Below are positions 1 to 13,927 of a stretch of 64,000 bases of DNA, piece by piece. The notes under the pieces were generated by a model. The model searched no databases, was not told the origin of the DNA, and was given only the letters and a program-made list of their open reading frames with translations. The number at the start of each line of letters is the position of its first letter. The stretch's first letter is position 1. Source of the stretch: an uncultured beta proteobacterium (GTDB taxonomy: Bacteria > Pseudomonadota > Gammaproteobacteria > Burkholderiales > SG8-41); NCBI GenBank assembly GCA_942492335.1, contig CALOEN010000032.1, positions 71,510-135,509 of the forward strand. Direction: 5' to 3'. Made by a program: the position numbers and the translations under genes.

Positions 1-117
1 CTAACTGCCGCTTAATTTTCTGATTTAGCAGGAAAAGCAGTGCGGTAAAGAGATTTTTCTGCGCGGATCGCCGCGTCCCGCAATGATTCTGCGCGTTTTT
101 CCTTTACGAAACCTCCC

Positions 118-329
118 ATGGCTCAAGACGCTTACATCATGCGCCGTGTCGGCAAGATGGACCATCACAAGTATCTGATTATAAATGATATTATACTTTC
201 GTTCTTCTCCGGCGCCAAGGTCGGCGTGTTGGGCCTGAACGGCTCCGGCAAATCCAGCCTGCTCAAAATCATGGCGGGCGAAGGCAAGAATTTCGACGAT
301 GCAGCGATCCCCATGCTCAATATCCGCGA
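118..329 (+). pseudogene. ettA: Decayed partial copy of the ettA 5' end
   Basis: Colinear codon-for-codon with 1882-2094 ([14 protein letters not shown] vs MAQYVYTMRRVAKM). Walker A GLNGSGKS is retained. Homology stops where the DMT gene stop codon begins. Confidence 0.8.
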
Positions 330-1179
330 TCAGCGATGGTGCTCGGCGCGGATCATATAAACGCTGCTGCTGACGATCACCGCGGCGCCGGCCCACAGCC
401 ACAGGTCGGGCAATTCACCCCAGACGAGGAACCCCAGCACAGCCGCCCACAGCAACGCGGTGTAGCGCATGGGCGCGACCATCGACGCCTCCCCGGTGCG
501 CAATGCCTCTATGACGCAGAAATGCGCAGTGCCGTTGAATATTCCGGCCGCGACGAACCAGAACGCTGAAACGCTGTTGACCGGTTGCCAGCCGAAAGGC
601 AGCGTCGCCAGTCCGCCGATTATCAACATGATGTTGGACCAGAACAGGATGGCAAGCGAGGTTTCCGTGCGTGACAACCGCCGCGTCCACACATCGCGCA
701 GCGCATTCGTCATCGCGGCGGCAACCGGCAGCAACAATGCCCACTGAAAGCTGTCGGTGCCGGGCCGCATGATGATCAGCACGCCGGCAAAGCCGCCAAG
801 CACCGCGATCCAGCGGTGGCGGCCGATGCGTTCGCCCAGCAGCGGCACCGACAGCACCACCATGAATATCGGGCTGACGAACAGCATGGTCACCGCCGTC
901 GCCAGTGGCAATATACGCAGACTCCAGACTATGAACCCAGAGCCGATCAGGAACAATACGCCGCGTGCAATCTGGCCGGGCCAATTGGTCACGCGCAGCG
1001 CTCTCAATTTGCCGAAGAACATGATGTACGGGATCAGCACCAGCAGCGTCGAGGCCTGCCTCAGACTGATGACCGCCCGACGGGTAGGATTGCACCAGAA
1101 TTTTGCTCGTCGCATCGTTGGCGGTCAGCAAAGCAATGCCGACCGACATCAATACCAGACTGCGGATCATCGGTGTCAT
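330..1179 (-). CDS. DMT/EamA family transporter, frameshifted near 1072-1085
   Basis: N-terminus [33 protein letters not shown] is in one frame. The remaining ~10-TM EamA body ([30 protein letters not shown]; [10 protein letters not shown]) is in another. Confidence 0.85.
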
Positions 1180-1881
1180 TGCTGCGTCCCAGCACGTGCC
1201 GGCGTCGCTGCGCGTAATTCCAGGATGTTCAGCATGGTAATCACCATGAATGTGAAAGTGAAAGTCGTAAACCAGCCACTGCGGCGCTGGCCATATCGTG
1301 CAGTGCCTGCCAGTTTCTGGCATGCATCAAATCCCTTACATCGCCGGGCACTCGCGCGACGATACGACTGTCTTGCATGGCGCGCCTGGCTTGTTCGCCT
1401 CGATAAGGAATGCGCAGCATCAAAGTGTCTGGCATGGTTCGTCCCAGGATGTTAAATGCAGATCATCGATAATAAAATGCTGTTGAAAGCGCTGAGGAAC
1501 GCGAACGATGCTCAGTACGTGGCCACGAATGCGGCTGCGCCACCGCCGATATAGTGCGGTCAGCATCGGGGCGGGCCAGCCCAAGCCATTGAACCGTCAG
1601 GCTGACAGCGATCCGGCGCAGGCGGCGTTTAAAACGCATCAGGAAGTGTTCGAGCCACTGGACCGGGCTGGTGCGCGGCGAAGTGTGGCGCTGGCCACCG
1701 AAAAAGTGCCGTTCACTCAGGCGGAAGGATTGCACCAGCGCCTCGACCTCATCACCGGACGTGCTGCGCTGATCATGAGCGGAATCCGGTCCGATTTGGC
1801 CGGGAAAAGCAGTGTGGTAACGGGTTTTCCTGCGCGGATAAATTCCGCTATGATTCCGCGTTTTCACCTACACAAATTCCC

Positions 1882-3543
<1,662 letters not shown>

Positions 3544-3698
3544 ATTTTTTTTACGAGCGCGCGCGGCCACCGGTTGACAGCTTCGCGCGCGGGCACCATG
3601 CTGTTGCGACTCGGAAGGTTTGCGGGGCACATCACCGCAGCCTGTGACCTGTCTGCAAGGGGAGAGGCGATGGTACTCACAGAACGGATCTTGGACCT

Positions 3699-4661
3699 AT
3701 GAGAACGTTGCGACTGTTCGATCCGGCCCGCGAACCCTACTCGGACCTGATGCTGTTCGACGGCGCGGGGGCCGGGGATGTCGCTGATACGCTCGCGCGC
3801 TCGCGCGTCTGCCGCACCGAGCCTGCGGAAGTGGTGCTCGAAGCCAATATACCCAACGAGACGGTGTACGTGCTGCTGAGCGGCACGCTGCGCGTGGACC
3901 TGCTGCAAATGGGAGACGAACCGACCCACCTGGGCCGCGGCGAATGCGTCGGCGAGCTGTCCGTGATCGACGGTTCGCTGACATCGACTTCGATCAGGGC
4001 GGTCGACGAATGCGACCTGCTGGTCATCGAAGGCGCCGACATCATGGGGCTGGCAGGCCGCTCGCATGCGGTGGCGCACAACCTGCTGCGCATCCTGTCG
4101 CGGCGCCTGCGCGGCACCAATGCCATGCTGCGCGCGGAAATGCGCACATCCGAAACCTTGCGCATGCATGCGATTACGGACACGCTGACCGGCCTCTACA
4201 ACCGGAACTGGTTCGATGACACGTTGCGCCGGATGGGGGCGCGCGCCGACCAGGGCGGCCCGCCGTTTGCGCTGCTCGTGGCCGACATAGACCGATTCAA
4301 GCTGTTTAATGATAGCTGGGGCCACCAGGCGGGCGACCGCGTGCTGCAACAGGTGGCCGAGGTGCTGCGCGCCATTTTGCGCCCAACTGACTTTGCCGCG
4401 CGCTATGACGGCGAAGAATTTGCCCTGCTGCTGCCCTCGGTTTCGAACCTGGCGAGCGCTGCGATCGTCGCAGAGCGTGTGCGTCGCGCGATGCGGCGCA
4501 TCGCGCCGATGCCCGGACAAGACGCGGATGTGCCGCCTGTCACGGTTTCCATCGGCATCGTAGTGCGACAGCAAGGCGAGGGTATGGAAGCCTTGTTCCG
4601 CCGGGCCAACGAGTTGCTGTTGCGCGCCAGGCGCGAAGGACGCGATCGCGCGGCGTATTGA
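3699..4661 (+). CDS. cNMP-binding domain + GGDEF diguanylate cyclase
   Basis: N-terminal cNMP fold (GECVGELSVIDG). C-terminal DTLTGLYNR, DIDRFKLFNDSWGHQAGD, with the active-site motif reading RYDGEEF. Confidence 0.9.
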   Translation: MRTLRLFDPAREPYSDLMLFDGAGAGDVADTLARSRVCRTEPAEVVLEANIPNETVYVLLSGTLRVDLLQMGDEPTHLGRGECVGELSVIDGSLTSTSIRAVDECDLLVIEGADIMGLAGRSHAVAHNLLRILSRRLRGTNAMLRAEMRTSETLRMHAITDTLTGLYNRNWFDDTLRRMGARADQGGPPFALLVADIDRFKLFNDSWGHQAGDRVLQQVAEVLRAILRPTDFAARYDGEEFALLLPSVSNLASAAIVAERVRRAMRRIAPMPGQDADVPPVTVSIGIVVRQQGEGMEALFRRANELLLRARREGRDRAAY

Positions 4662-4701
4662 CCTTGCCCCGGTGTGCAGCGGCCTCCGGGGCGCCTAAGG
4701 G

Positions 4702-5682
4702 TCAGCCTTCGCGAAACGAGCGGTCGAGTCCGCGCAGCAGCGGCAGGATCACATCGATCGTGGGCACGGCGACGCCCGCCTCGCGCGCGAAGGCCTGGGT
4801 CTGGCCGAGTATCGCTTCCACTTCCATCGGCCGCCGGTGGGCGACATCCTGCATCATCGACAGGCGCACCCCCGGCATGCGGTCCTTGCGGGAGGCGAGT
4901 TGATCCACGTCCACTTCCTGGCGCAGGTCCCAGCCGAGTGCTGCGGCGACGGCTAGCGTCTCGCGCATGAGATTGGCCATGAGCCGGTGCAGATCCGGGT
5001 CGGCGCCGAGATCGACGGGCGAGAGGTGCGTCAGCGCCGACAGTGTGTTGCCGGATGCGTTGAGCAGCAGCTTGTTCCAGATCTCGCGGCGCAAGTCGGC
5101 CGATACCCCGGCCTCCATGCCGCCGTGACTGAACGCCTCGGCGGTGCGTTTGATCCTTTCGCTGGCCGAGCCGTCGGGTTCGCCAAAAGTAAAGCGGCGG
5201 CGTCCGATGTGCACGACCACTCCCGGTTCGACCAGATCGTTGGGTGAATTGACGACACAGCCCAGCGATCGCTGCCTGAGCTTGTTCCAGAGCGCGCCTT
5301 CGGGGTCGAGCAGCGGCAAGGGTCCGCGGTCGCCCGGCAGGCCCTGCGGCCACCACCACGGAATGCCGTTGAGCAGAAAAACGGCCCATCCGCCGGGTGC
5401 CAGCAATTTCTCCAGCGCGGCGGCGACACCGGGCAACGCCGTGGCCTTGAGCGTGACGATCACGAGATCCTGCGGCGGCAACGAGGACGGATCGTCAGTC
5501 GCTACCGCGGGCCGGCCGATCAATTCTTCGCCGGCGTGATGGCGCAGGGTGATACCCCGTTCCTGTATTGCTTTCAGGTGCGCGCCGCGCGCCACCACGG
5601 AAATCGTGTCTTTTTTTGCCGCCGCCAGTCGCGCTGCAACGTGACTGCCGACCGCGCCCGCGCCGAATATGCAGATGTTCAT
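4702..5682 (-). CDS. panE: 2-dehydropantoate 2-reductase (ketopantoate reductase PanE/ApbA family)
   Basis: MNICIFGAGAVG Rossmann start, IWNKLLLN, SMMQDVAHRRPMEVEAILG. Confidence 0.9.
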   Translation of the reverse strand: MNICIFGAGAVGSHVAARLAAAKKDTISVVARGAHLKAIQERGITLRHHAGEELIGRPAVATDDPSSLPPQDLVIVTLKATALPGVAAALEKLLAPGGWAVFLLNGIPWWWPQGLPGDRGPLPLLDPEGALWNKLRQRSLGCVVNSPNDLVEPGVVVHIGRRRFTFGEPDGSASERIKRTAEAFSHGGMEAGVSADLRREIWNKLLLNASGNTLSALTHLSPVDLGADPDLHRLMANLMRETLAVAAALGWDLRQEVDVDQLASRKDRMPGVRLSMMQDVAHRRPMEVEAILGQTQAFAREAGVAVPTIDVILPLLRGLDRSFREG

Positions 5683-5687
5683 ACGGG

Positions 5688-6446
5688 TCAGCCCCTTCCG
5701 ACGAACGGCATCTTCGTCGCCATGATGGTCATGAACTGGATATTGACGTCGAGCGGCAGGCCCGCCATGTGGCGCACAGCATCGCCGACGTTGGAGACGT
5801 CCATCATCGGCTCCGGCGCGATCGTGCCGTTGGCCTGCTTGACGCCTTTGGCCATGCGCGCCGCGAGCTCGGTCACCGCGTTGCCGATGTCGATCTGGCT
5901 GCAGGCGATGTCGTACTTGCGGCCGTCGAGCGAAATCACCTTGGTCAGTCCGGTCACGCCGTGCTTGGACGCGGTGTAGGGCGCCGAGTCGGGCCGCGGC
6001 GCATGCGCCGAAATCGAGCCGTTGTTGATGATGCGGCCGCCGCGCGGCTCCTGATTTTTCATGTGCCGGAACGCTTCCTGCGCGCACAGAAACATGCCGG
6101 TCAGATTAACGTCGACGACCTCCTTCCATTTCTCGTAAGTGAGATCCTCGAACAGGATGCCCGGCGCATTGAGGCCGGCGTTGTTGAACAGCACGTCGAT
6201 GCGGCCGAATGTCGCCGCGGTTTTAGAAAACAGCGCTTTCACCGCCTCCGGTTTGGTCACATCGGTGGCAATCGCAAGCGCATGCTTGCCGTTCGCACCC
6301 GCATCCTTGAGCGTCTGCTCCAGCAACTCCTGGCGGCGCCCTGCAAGCGCGACGCGGTAGCCGTCCTTCAGCAGCGCGAGCGCCGCGGCCCTTCCGATGC
6401 CGGTGCCGGCGCCGGTGACGATGGCGACTTTGTTGATCGGGTCCAT
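5688..6446 (-). CDS. SDR family oxidoreductase
   Basis: [16 protein letters not shown], catalytic YTASK. Confidence 0.95.
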   Translation of the reverse strand: MDPINKVAIVTGAGTGIGRAAALALLKDGYRVALAGRRQELLEQTLKDAGANGKHALAIATDVTKPEAVKALFSKTAATFGRIDVLFNNAGLNAPGILFEDLTYEKWKEVVDVNLTGMFLCAQEAFRHMKNQEPRGGRIINNGSISAHAPRPDSAPYTASKHGVTGLTKVISLDGRKYDIACSQIDIGNAVTELAARMAKGVKQANGTIAPEPMMDVSNVGDAVRHMAGLPLDVNIQFMTIMATKMPFVGRG

Positions 6447-6524
6447 GTCCTGGTTTCCTGTTTTGTAGCGAAAGCGTGGATGGTAGCGCACAGCCGCAAC
6501 ATTTGCGAACAGCAGTTCACGCAT

Positions 6525-6878
6525 TTCTTTGCATTGATCTTGCTGCTCGACGACAAATTCGCGTTCATCGTCACGGCAACGGAGGAAGGTCGCGCGGTGT
6601 TCCAGAATATCCGCAAGTTCAGCACTTACGTCCTGATCTTAAACATTCAGGAGAGCGTGCCGTACCCGTTTCGCCGCGCATTCCACTGCCACTCACCATC
6701 ATCCAGATTCTCGCCGTCGATGGTGGCGATCATCGTGATGCGGGTGGCGAACGTGTTCATGTACCGTGATCCGCGGGAAAGCGCGTTCTCAGCAACATTA
6801 AACCGTAACAATCTGATTATATTGAGTATTATGGAGTGTGCGGTGATCCTGACGATCGTTTACAGCGCGCCCGGCTGA
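6525..6878 (+). pseudogene. Remnant of a cation-transporting P-type ATPase C-terminus
   Basis: [27 protein letters not shown] (canonical LDDNFxxIVxAVEEGR), then PLTIIQILAVD in another frame, then a late TM segment. Shows a frameshift and a large internal deletion. Confidence 0.75.
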
Positions 6879-6894
6879 AGGCGTCAGAACCAGC

Positions 6895-7776
6895 TCAATC
6901 CGCGACGACGCAATTTCTACCCTGCTGTTTCGCCCTGTACAGCAGATCGTCGACGTGGCGGAATATGGAATCCGTGTCCTCGTCGTCAAACTGATGCACG
7001 CCAAAACTGCAGGTAACCCGCACAACGGGGCCGAAGTCCGCTGTGGCGATCAGTGTTCTCAGGCGTTCGGCAAGAACGACGGCCTGCTGGCGGTCGATGC
7101 CGGGCGTGACGATCAGGAATTCTTCCCCGCCGTAGCGGGCCAGCAGGTCCACGCTGCGCAGTTCCTGCTGCACGATTACCGCGATCCGGACCAGCACGTG
7201 GTCGCCTGCGAGGTGACCGTGAGTGTCGTTGACCATCTTGAAATGGTCGATGTCGAACATGACGACCGACAAAACGGTGCCATAACGATGCGCGCGCTCT
7301 CTCTCGGTCTCGAGGATGGCATAGAGGTGGCGCCGGTTGTAGGTGCTGGTGAGCGGATCCCGCTCGGTCATTTCCCGCAACCGATCTTCGAAACGCTTGC
7401 GCTCGGTGATGTCGTGATGGACGATGACTGCGCCGACGATCTTGTTCTTGTCGTCGCGGATCGGCATCGCGGAGTTGAGTATGATTTTGCGCGTGCCGTC
7501 GAAGCACTCGATTTCCACTTCTTCGTCGATCGAGGTTTCCCCGTTCCTGAGGGCGCGTGCCGCGGCCCAGTCTTCGGTCTCGATGCGCAGGCCGGTGGCG
7601 ACCCACCAGCCTCTGCATTCCGCGAGCAGCTCAAAGCCGACCTGGCATGCGCCCGCCCAGATGCGCTGGCCGGCGGGATTGCCATAAAGAATTTTCCCGG
7701 TCTCATCCATGATCCAGACGCCGACCGGCAGGATATCCACGACATTGCGCAGCAGATCCACACGGGCTAAAGGCAT
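6895..7776 (-). CDS. PAS + GGDEF diguanylate cyclase
   Basis: PAS fold (LPVGVWIMDETGKILYGNPAG), DPLTSTYNRR, intact RYGGEEF. Confidence 0.93.
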   Translation of the reverse strand: MPLARVDLLRNVVDILPVGVWIMDETGKILYGNPAGQRIWAGACQVGFELLAECRGWWVATGLRIETEDWAAARALRNGETSIDEEVEIECFDGTRKIILNSAMPIRDDKNKIVGAVIVHHDITERKRFEDRLREMTERDPLTSTYNRRHLYAILETERERAHRYGTVLSVVMFDIDHFKMVNDTHGHLAGDHVLVRIAVIVQQELRSVDLLARYGGEEFLIVTPGIDRQQAVVLAERLRTLIATADFGPVVRVTCSFGVHQFDDEDTDSIFRHVDDLLYRAKQQGRNCVVAD

Positions 7777-7891
7777 CTGGATTTCTCCCGGTTATGGGAT
7801 GGTTCCATGGAACAGACCTGACCTCAGGCAGCGGCGAGAACTATCCGCCCAGGATGCTGTAAAAATTGTGCCATAAAAAAAGCAGCCGGTG

Positions 7892-7905
7892 TTGATCTGT
7901 ATCAG
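7892..7905. promoter_or_regulatory. Putative FNR/CRP-family binding site
   Basis: TTGAT-CTGT-ATCAG, one mismatch to TTGAT-N4-ATCAA, ~120 bp upstream of the PAS-GGDEF start. Confidence 0.4.
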
Positions 7906-7908
7906 GCC

Positions 7909-9714
<1,806 letters not shown>

Positions 9715-9800
9715 GGCATTCCTGGAAACAACCGCTATTTTAGCCCATGCCGCGCAGCATTCCGTTGGAAAGGCGCTAAAAAAAGGCCGGGGTTGAGGTC

Positions 9801-10124
9801 TTAGCCCGGCGCTTGCGTACGCTCCGTCATGCCGTAGTCGCGCACCACCTCGGCCACTCGGATACGGTAATCGGCGAAGATGTCCTCGCGCCCGCGGCGT
9901 TGCGCTTCGCGGTGCGGGGCGTGTTCGCGCCAGCGTTTGACCGCGGCCTCGTCACGCCAGAACGACAGCGACAGAATCTTGCCCTCGGTGGTCAGACTCG
10001 TAAAGCGCTCGATGGAAATGAAGCCGTCGATGTGTTCGAGTTCGGCGCGCAGTTGCTGCGCGATGGCGAGATAGTCCTGCTCGCGCCCGGGCCTGGGCCG
10101 TACTTCGAAAATCACTGCGAACAT
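9801..10124 (-). CDS. Antibiotic biosynthesis monooxygenase (ABM) family protein
   Basis: MFAVIFEV...GFISIERF...LSLSFWRDE...H...Q...YRIRVAEV. Confidence 0.9.
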   Translation of the reverse strand: MFAVIFEVRPRPGREQDYLAIAQQLRAELEHIDGFISIERFTSLTTEGKILSLSFWRDEAAVKRWREHAPHREAQRRGREDIFADYRIRVAEVVRDYGMTERTQAPG

Positions 10125-10329
10125 GAACTGTCTCCATTCACGGCATTTTCCACCTGGAGAAGGCGGATCTGCAACGTGTTCAGTCTAATCCGGCACTGGC
10201 ACCGTGTCTAATCTGTCTGCCTTCAAGCCGGGGCAGGGGGGACATCAGTTTAACGATCATCTTTTTATGCGGCACGATTTTCCGCCGGCGCCTTTACAGA
10301 TAGCAGACGAGCCCCTAAGCTTGGGCACA

Positions 10330-11325
10330 GTGAAACCATGGCAATTCAAAGTGCTGCGGCAGCTTGCCGATGGCGAATTTCATTCCGGAGTCGCATTGGC
10401 GAGCGCGCTCGGGAAATCGCGCGCGAGCGTATGGCTTGCAGTACGCGAAATCGATAAAACCGGGATCGAAGTCTACAAAGTCCGCGGCCGTGGTTACCGC
10501 CTCGCGCAACCGCTGTCGCTGCTGGACCGGGATGACATCCTGCGGCAACTGGGCGCCGACGCGGACACATTTTCACTCGAGATCATGGATGGCGTGAACT
10601 CCACCAACACGCTTGCGATGCAGCATGCGGCGCGCGGCGCGCCTGCGAATCTGGTCATTGCCGCGGAATGGCAGGAGGCGGGACGTGGACGCATGGGACG
10701 CGCCTGGCATGCCGATATCGGCGGCGCGCTGACGTTTTCCCTGTTGTGGCGTTTCCCCCAGGGCGCGGCATTTCTTGCGGGATTGAGCCTCGCGGTTGGC
10801 GTGGCGTTGATGCGCACGTTCGAAACTCTGGGCGTAGAAAAGGCGGGATTGAAATGGCCCAACGATGTGCTGTGGCGCGGCGGCAAACTGGCCGGCATCC
10901 TGATCGAAGTGCAGGGCGATATGCTGGGGCCCAGCGCGGCGGTGATCGGCATCGGCGTCAATGTGCGCCTGTCGCAGTCGGTGCGTGACCGGATCGATCA
11001 GCCGGCCAGCGACCTGGAGACGGCGTGCGGACGACCGCTCGACCGCAACCGGGTGCTGGCGCTGCTGCTGTGCCAGATGCGAGACGCGATCGACACGTTT
11101 ACCAAGGCGGGCCTGGCGCCGTTTCGGGACGACTGGCACCGGTATCATGCCCATCAGGATCGGATGGTGACGCTGATTTTGCCGGATGAGCGGCGCGAGC
11201 ACGGATGCGCGCGCGGCGTGGCCGAAGACGGCGCGCTATTGATCGAGACCCCGTCCGGCCTGCGCCGTTACCACAGCGGCGAAATCAGCCTGAGGGTGGA
11301 ACCGCAGCCCCGCGTGCACGCATGA
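10330..11325 (+). CDS. birA: Bifunctional biotin--[acetyl-CoA-carboxylase] ligase / biotin repressor
   Basis: N-terminal HTH (LADGEFHSG), QEAGRGRMGR, KWPND, KLAGILIE. GTG start at 10330 inferred from the typical MKP N-terminus. Confidence 0.95.
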   Translation: MKPWQFKVLRQLADGEFHSGVALASALGKSRASVWLAVREIDKTGIEVYKVRGRGYRLAQPLSLLDRDDILRQLGADADTFSLEIMDGVNSTNTLAMQHAARGAPANLVIAAEWQEAGRGRMGRAWHADIGGALTFSLLWRFPQGAAFLAGLSLAVGVALMRTFETLGVEKAGLKWPNDVLWRGGKLAGILIEVQGDMLGPSAAVIGIGVNVRLSQSVRDRIDQPASDLETACGRPLDRNRVLALLLCQMRDAIDTFTKAGLAPFRDDWHRYHAHQDRMVTLILPDERREHGCARGVAEDGALLIETPSGLRRYHSGEISLRVEPQPRVHA

Positions 11326-12071
11326 ACATTCTTGCCATCGATGGCGGCAACAGTCGCATCAAATGGGGTTGCTCAGACGGCCGGCACTGGATTGCACAGT
11401 CATGGCTGGCCAGCGCGCAGGCCGACAAACTAGGCGCCGCACTGGCCACGCTCGAGCTGCCCGGGAAAATAATTGTTTCAAATGTCGCCGGCGAGGCGGT
11501 GCGGGATCTGATCGCAGCGGCGCTCGGGCAGTTTGCAGTCAGCCCGTCGTGGATACAAAGCGCTGCCAGCCAATGCGGGGTCACCAGCAGTTACCATGAC
11601 CCGGCCCAGCTCGGGTCCGATCGCTGGGCGGCGCTGGTCGGGTCATGGCACCTGTTTCGCGGGCCCTGCGTCGTGGTCAATGCCGGCACCACCATGACGG
11701 TCGATGCGTTGTCGAGCGAAGGTGTGTTCCTGGGCGGTTTCATCGTGCCGGGTGCGGGCCTGATGCGGGAGTCACTGGCGAGCAAGACTGCGCAGCTCGA
11801 GTTGCAGGAAGGCCGGTTTGCGTATTTCCCCGATTGCACTGCGGACGCCATTATGAGCGGCAGCATCAGTGCCCTGGCCGGCGCCATCGAGCGCATGCTG
11901 CATTACATGGAGCAAACCGGGCAGGCTGCGCCGCTCATCGTGTTATCAGGCGGCGGCGCCTCGTTGCTGGAGGCGCAGCTTAACGCGCGGGTCGAGGTCG
12001 TGGATAATCTGGTGCTGGAGGGCTTGCTGCGTATCGCGGTCGAATCAACACCGGTCAGCAGTGAGCAGTAA
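11322..12071 (+). CDS. coaX: Type III pantothenate kinase
   Basis: MNILAIDGGNSRIKWG, LGSDRW, VVVNAGTTMTVD. ATGA overlap with birA. Confidence 0.95.
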   Translation: MNILAIDGGNSRIKWGCSDGRHWIAQSWLASAQADKLGAALATLELPGKIIVSNVAGEAVRDLIAAALGQFAVSPSWIQSAASQCGVTSSYHDPAQLGSDRWAALVGSWHLFRGPCVVVNAGTTMTVDALSSEGVFLGGFIVPGAGLMRESLASKTAQLELQEGRFAYFPDCTADAIMSGSISALAGAIERMLHYMEQTGQAAPLIVLSGGGASLLEAQLNARVEVVDNLVLEGLLRIAVESTPVSSEQ

Positions 12072-12153
12072 GCGGTAAACAGAAGGCGGCTTGCCCTGCC
12101 CTTGACTATCCATCGCTTGCCGCTTAATGCTTGCCATTTACGAAATTGAGAAT

Positions 12154-12558
12154 ATGAGACTGTTTTTCCTGATGCTGGTGCTGGCCAATGCCGTGTTCTA
12201 TGCCTATGGCTACGTAGCGCAGCAGCAGGGCACCGCCTACAGCCAGAGTGCGCTGCTGCAGATCAACCCGGAAAAAATCCAGATCACCGGCGCATCGAGC
12301 GCCGCTGTGCCCGGAACAGGCAAGCCCGTCCCGTTGTCTGCCGCGCCCGGCACAGCGCCGGCGCCCTGTCTGGAGTGGGGCTATCTCGCGGGACCGGATG
12401 TGGTGGCGCGGGCAGATGCGGCGATCGCCAGGCTCGACTTGCCGCAGACCCTGGTACAGCGCGTGGTGGCTGATGTCGGCGGCTACTGGGTCTACATCCC
12501 GCCCCGGAAAAACAAGGCGGACGCCGACAGGAAAATCGCCGAACTGAAGACGTTGGGC
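12154..12558 (+). CDS. SPOR domain protein, 3'-truncated at a junction
   Basis: MRLFFLMLVLANAVF, CLEWG, YWVYIPP...A.RKIAELKTLG. Usual position after birA-coaX. The sequence then switches to an unrelated protein in the same frame. Confidence 0.75.
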
Positions 12559-12714
12559 GACCCAAGCTTCATGCGGATGATCAACCTTAAAATTGTGGCC
12601 GCCGAGATCATGCGCACCCTCATCGGCAGCACCGGCCTGGTCATGGTGGCCCCCATCACCGCCCTGCTCGGCGGCCTCATCATTGCCGGGGCCTTGAAAA
12701 AAAAGCCCTCATAA
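12559..12714 (+). CDS. C-terminal fragment of a YibE/F family membrane protein
   Basis: IVAAEIMRTLIGSTGLVMVAPITALLGG matches the YibE/F C-terminal helix motif. The 5' part is missing. Confidence 0.65.
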   Translation, partial: DPSFMRMINLKIVAAEIMRTLIGSTGLVMVAPITALLGGLIIAGALKKKPS

Positions 12715-12851
12715 CGCTGTTCTTTCCAGGCCAGTGCCAGGGAGGGCAGCCGGGATACACAATGTTACAAATCCCTACACACTCTCTGTTGAATCAGGCT
12801 GCGGTCTGGGATATACCTCTTTTAAACTCAATCATTTCTCAGGAGACTAAA

Positions 12852-13904
12852 ATGAAATTCTTTTTGAAATCATACCTGGCGGCTCTGACTATGGGACTCA
12901 TCTTGACTGTCGCGTCCGCCCCTGCCTGGGCTGCCGGCGATGACGGGGGAAGGCCCGATGACTTTTCCCCGGGATTCAGCGGCTATGTCCAGCCCATGGT
13001 GGGGGCGGGCTACAGCAAATCCCTGTCCGATGTCAGCGACAAGAACGAGCGCATCGACTCCTTGGATCAGTCCGCCAAATCTGAAACCGATTTCATCCCC
13101 ATGGTGCTATGGAATCTGGGGTACACCTTTGACAATGCAGCCACCCGGGTCTTTGCCGGCACCCCGGAAGAAAACATCATTGAAGGCACCTTTTTTCTTG
13201 AGGTGGGCATCAGCCAGAAATTAGGGGACGGCACCGTCCTGACCGCCGCCTACATCCCCACCCTGCCAGGGCTGGACGACGAGGTCTGGCGGGATCCCTT
13301 TTTGCTGGGGGCAAACCGCCAGGAGACGGACCGCGATTCCCATGCCTTCCGCGTTTCCGCTGACAGCATCTTCGGCAGCCCCTTTACCATCAAATACGGA
13401 TTCGGAAAACAGGATATCGAGAATGACGATGCCGGCCGCTACCATGCCGGCCTGCCCGGATCAACCCTGACGTCACGGGATCTTGAGGCACTCAAACGCT
13501 CCGGCACCTTTCACCAGGCAGACCTGCAGTATGGATTTGACTTGGGAAGTGGGGTCATGGTCCAGCCGGGCATCTTTTACATGAAGGGAAATGCTGACGG
13601 GGAGGCCAACAGTTTCAACCGCTACGGCGGCCAGATCTCCATGGTTCGGGCTGCGGGGCGATATCAGCTCTTCTGCACCCTCTCTGCCGACTATTCCGAT
13701 TATGACGCAGTCCATCCCATATTCAACCAGACCCGGAACCAGTGGGAATACGGCGCCATTTTAGGTGTCGGCTATATGGCCCCCTTTGGATGGGAAAATT
13801 TCATCTTCAATGTGTATACGGGAGTTTCAAAACAAGAGGCCAATATCAATTTTTACGACAGCACCGGCGCCATGGCCGGCATCGGTCTCACCTGGATGTT
13901 TTGA
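12852..13904 (+). CDS. DUF2860-like outer-membrane beta-barrel protein
   Basis: AGGAG RBS, signal peptide, GFSG...EVWRDPFLLG...RQETD, alternating beta pattern, terminal Phe. Confidence 0.7.
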   Translation: MKFFLKSYLAALTMGLILTVASAPAWAAGDDGGRPDDFSPGFSGYVQPMVGAGYSKSLSDVSDKNERIDSLDQSAKSETDFIPMVLWNLGYTFDNAATRVFAGTPEENIIEGTFFLEVGISQKLGDGTVLTAAYIPTLPGLDDEVWRDPFLLGANRQETDRDSHAFRVSADSIFGSPFTIKYGFGKQDIENDDAGRYHAGLPGSTLTSRDLEALKRSGTFHQADLQYGFDLGSGVMVQPGIFYMKGNADGEANSFNRYGGQISMVRAAGRYQLFCTLSADYSDYDAVHPIFNQTRNQWEYGAILGVGYMAPFGWENFIFNVYTGVSKQEANINFYDSTGAMAGIGLTWMF

Positions 13905-13927
13905 CAGACATCTGCCCCCCTGCCACC

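Noticed and set aside
1180-1881. ORFs between the DMT gene and ettA, including the His-rich HFHIHGDYHAEH stretch
   Set aside because: No recognisable family and no consistent frame. It may be another decayed remnant, but I cannot support a call.
12127-12714. Novel SPOR-YibE/F fusion protein
   Set aside because: The fusion point coincides with a switch in gene content and codon style, so a chimera is more likely.
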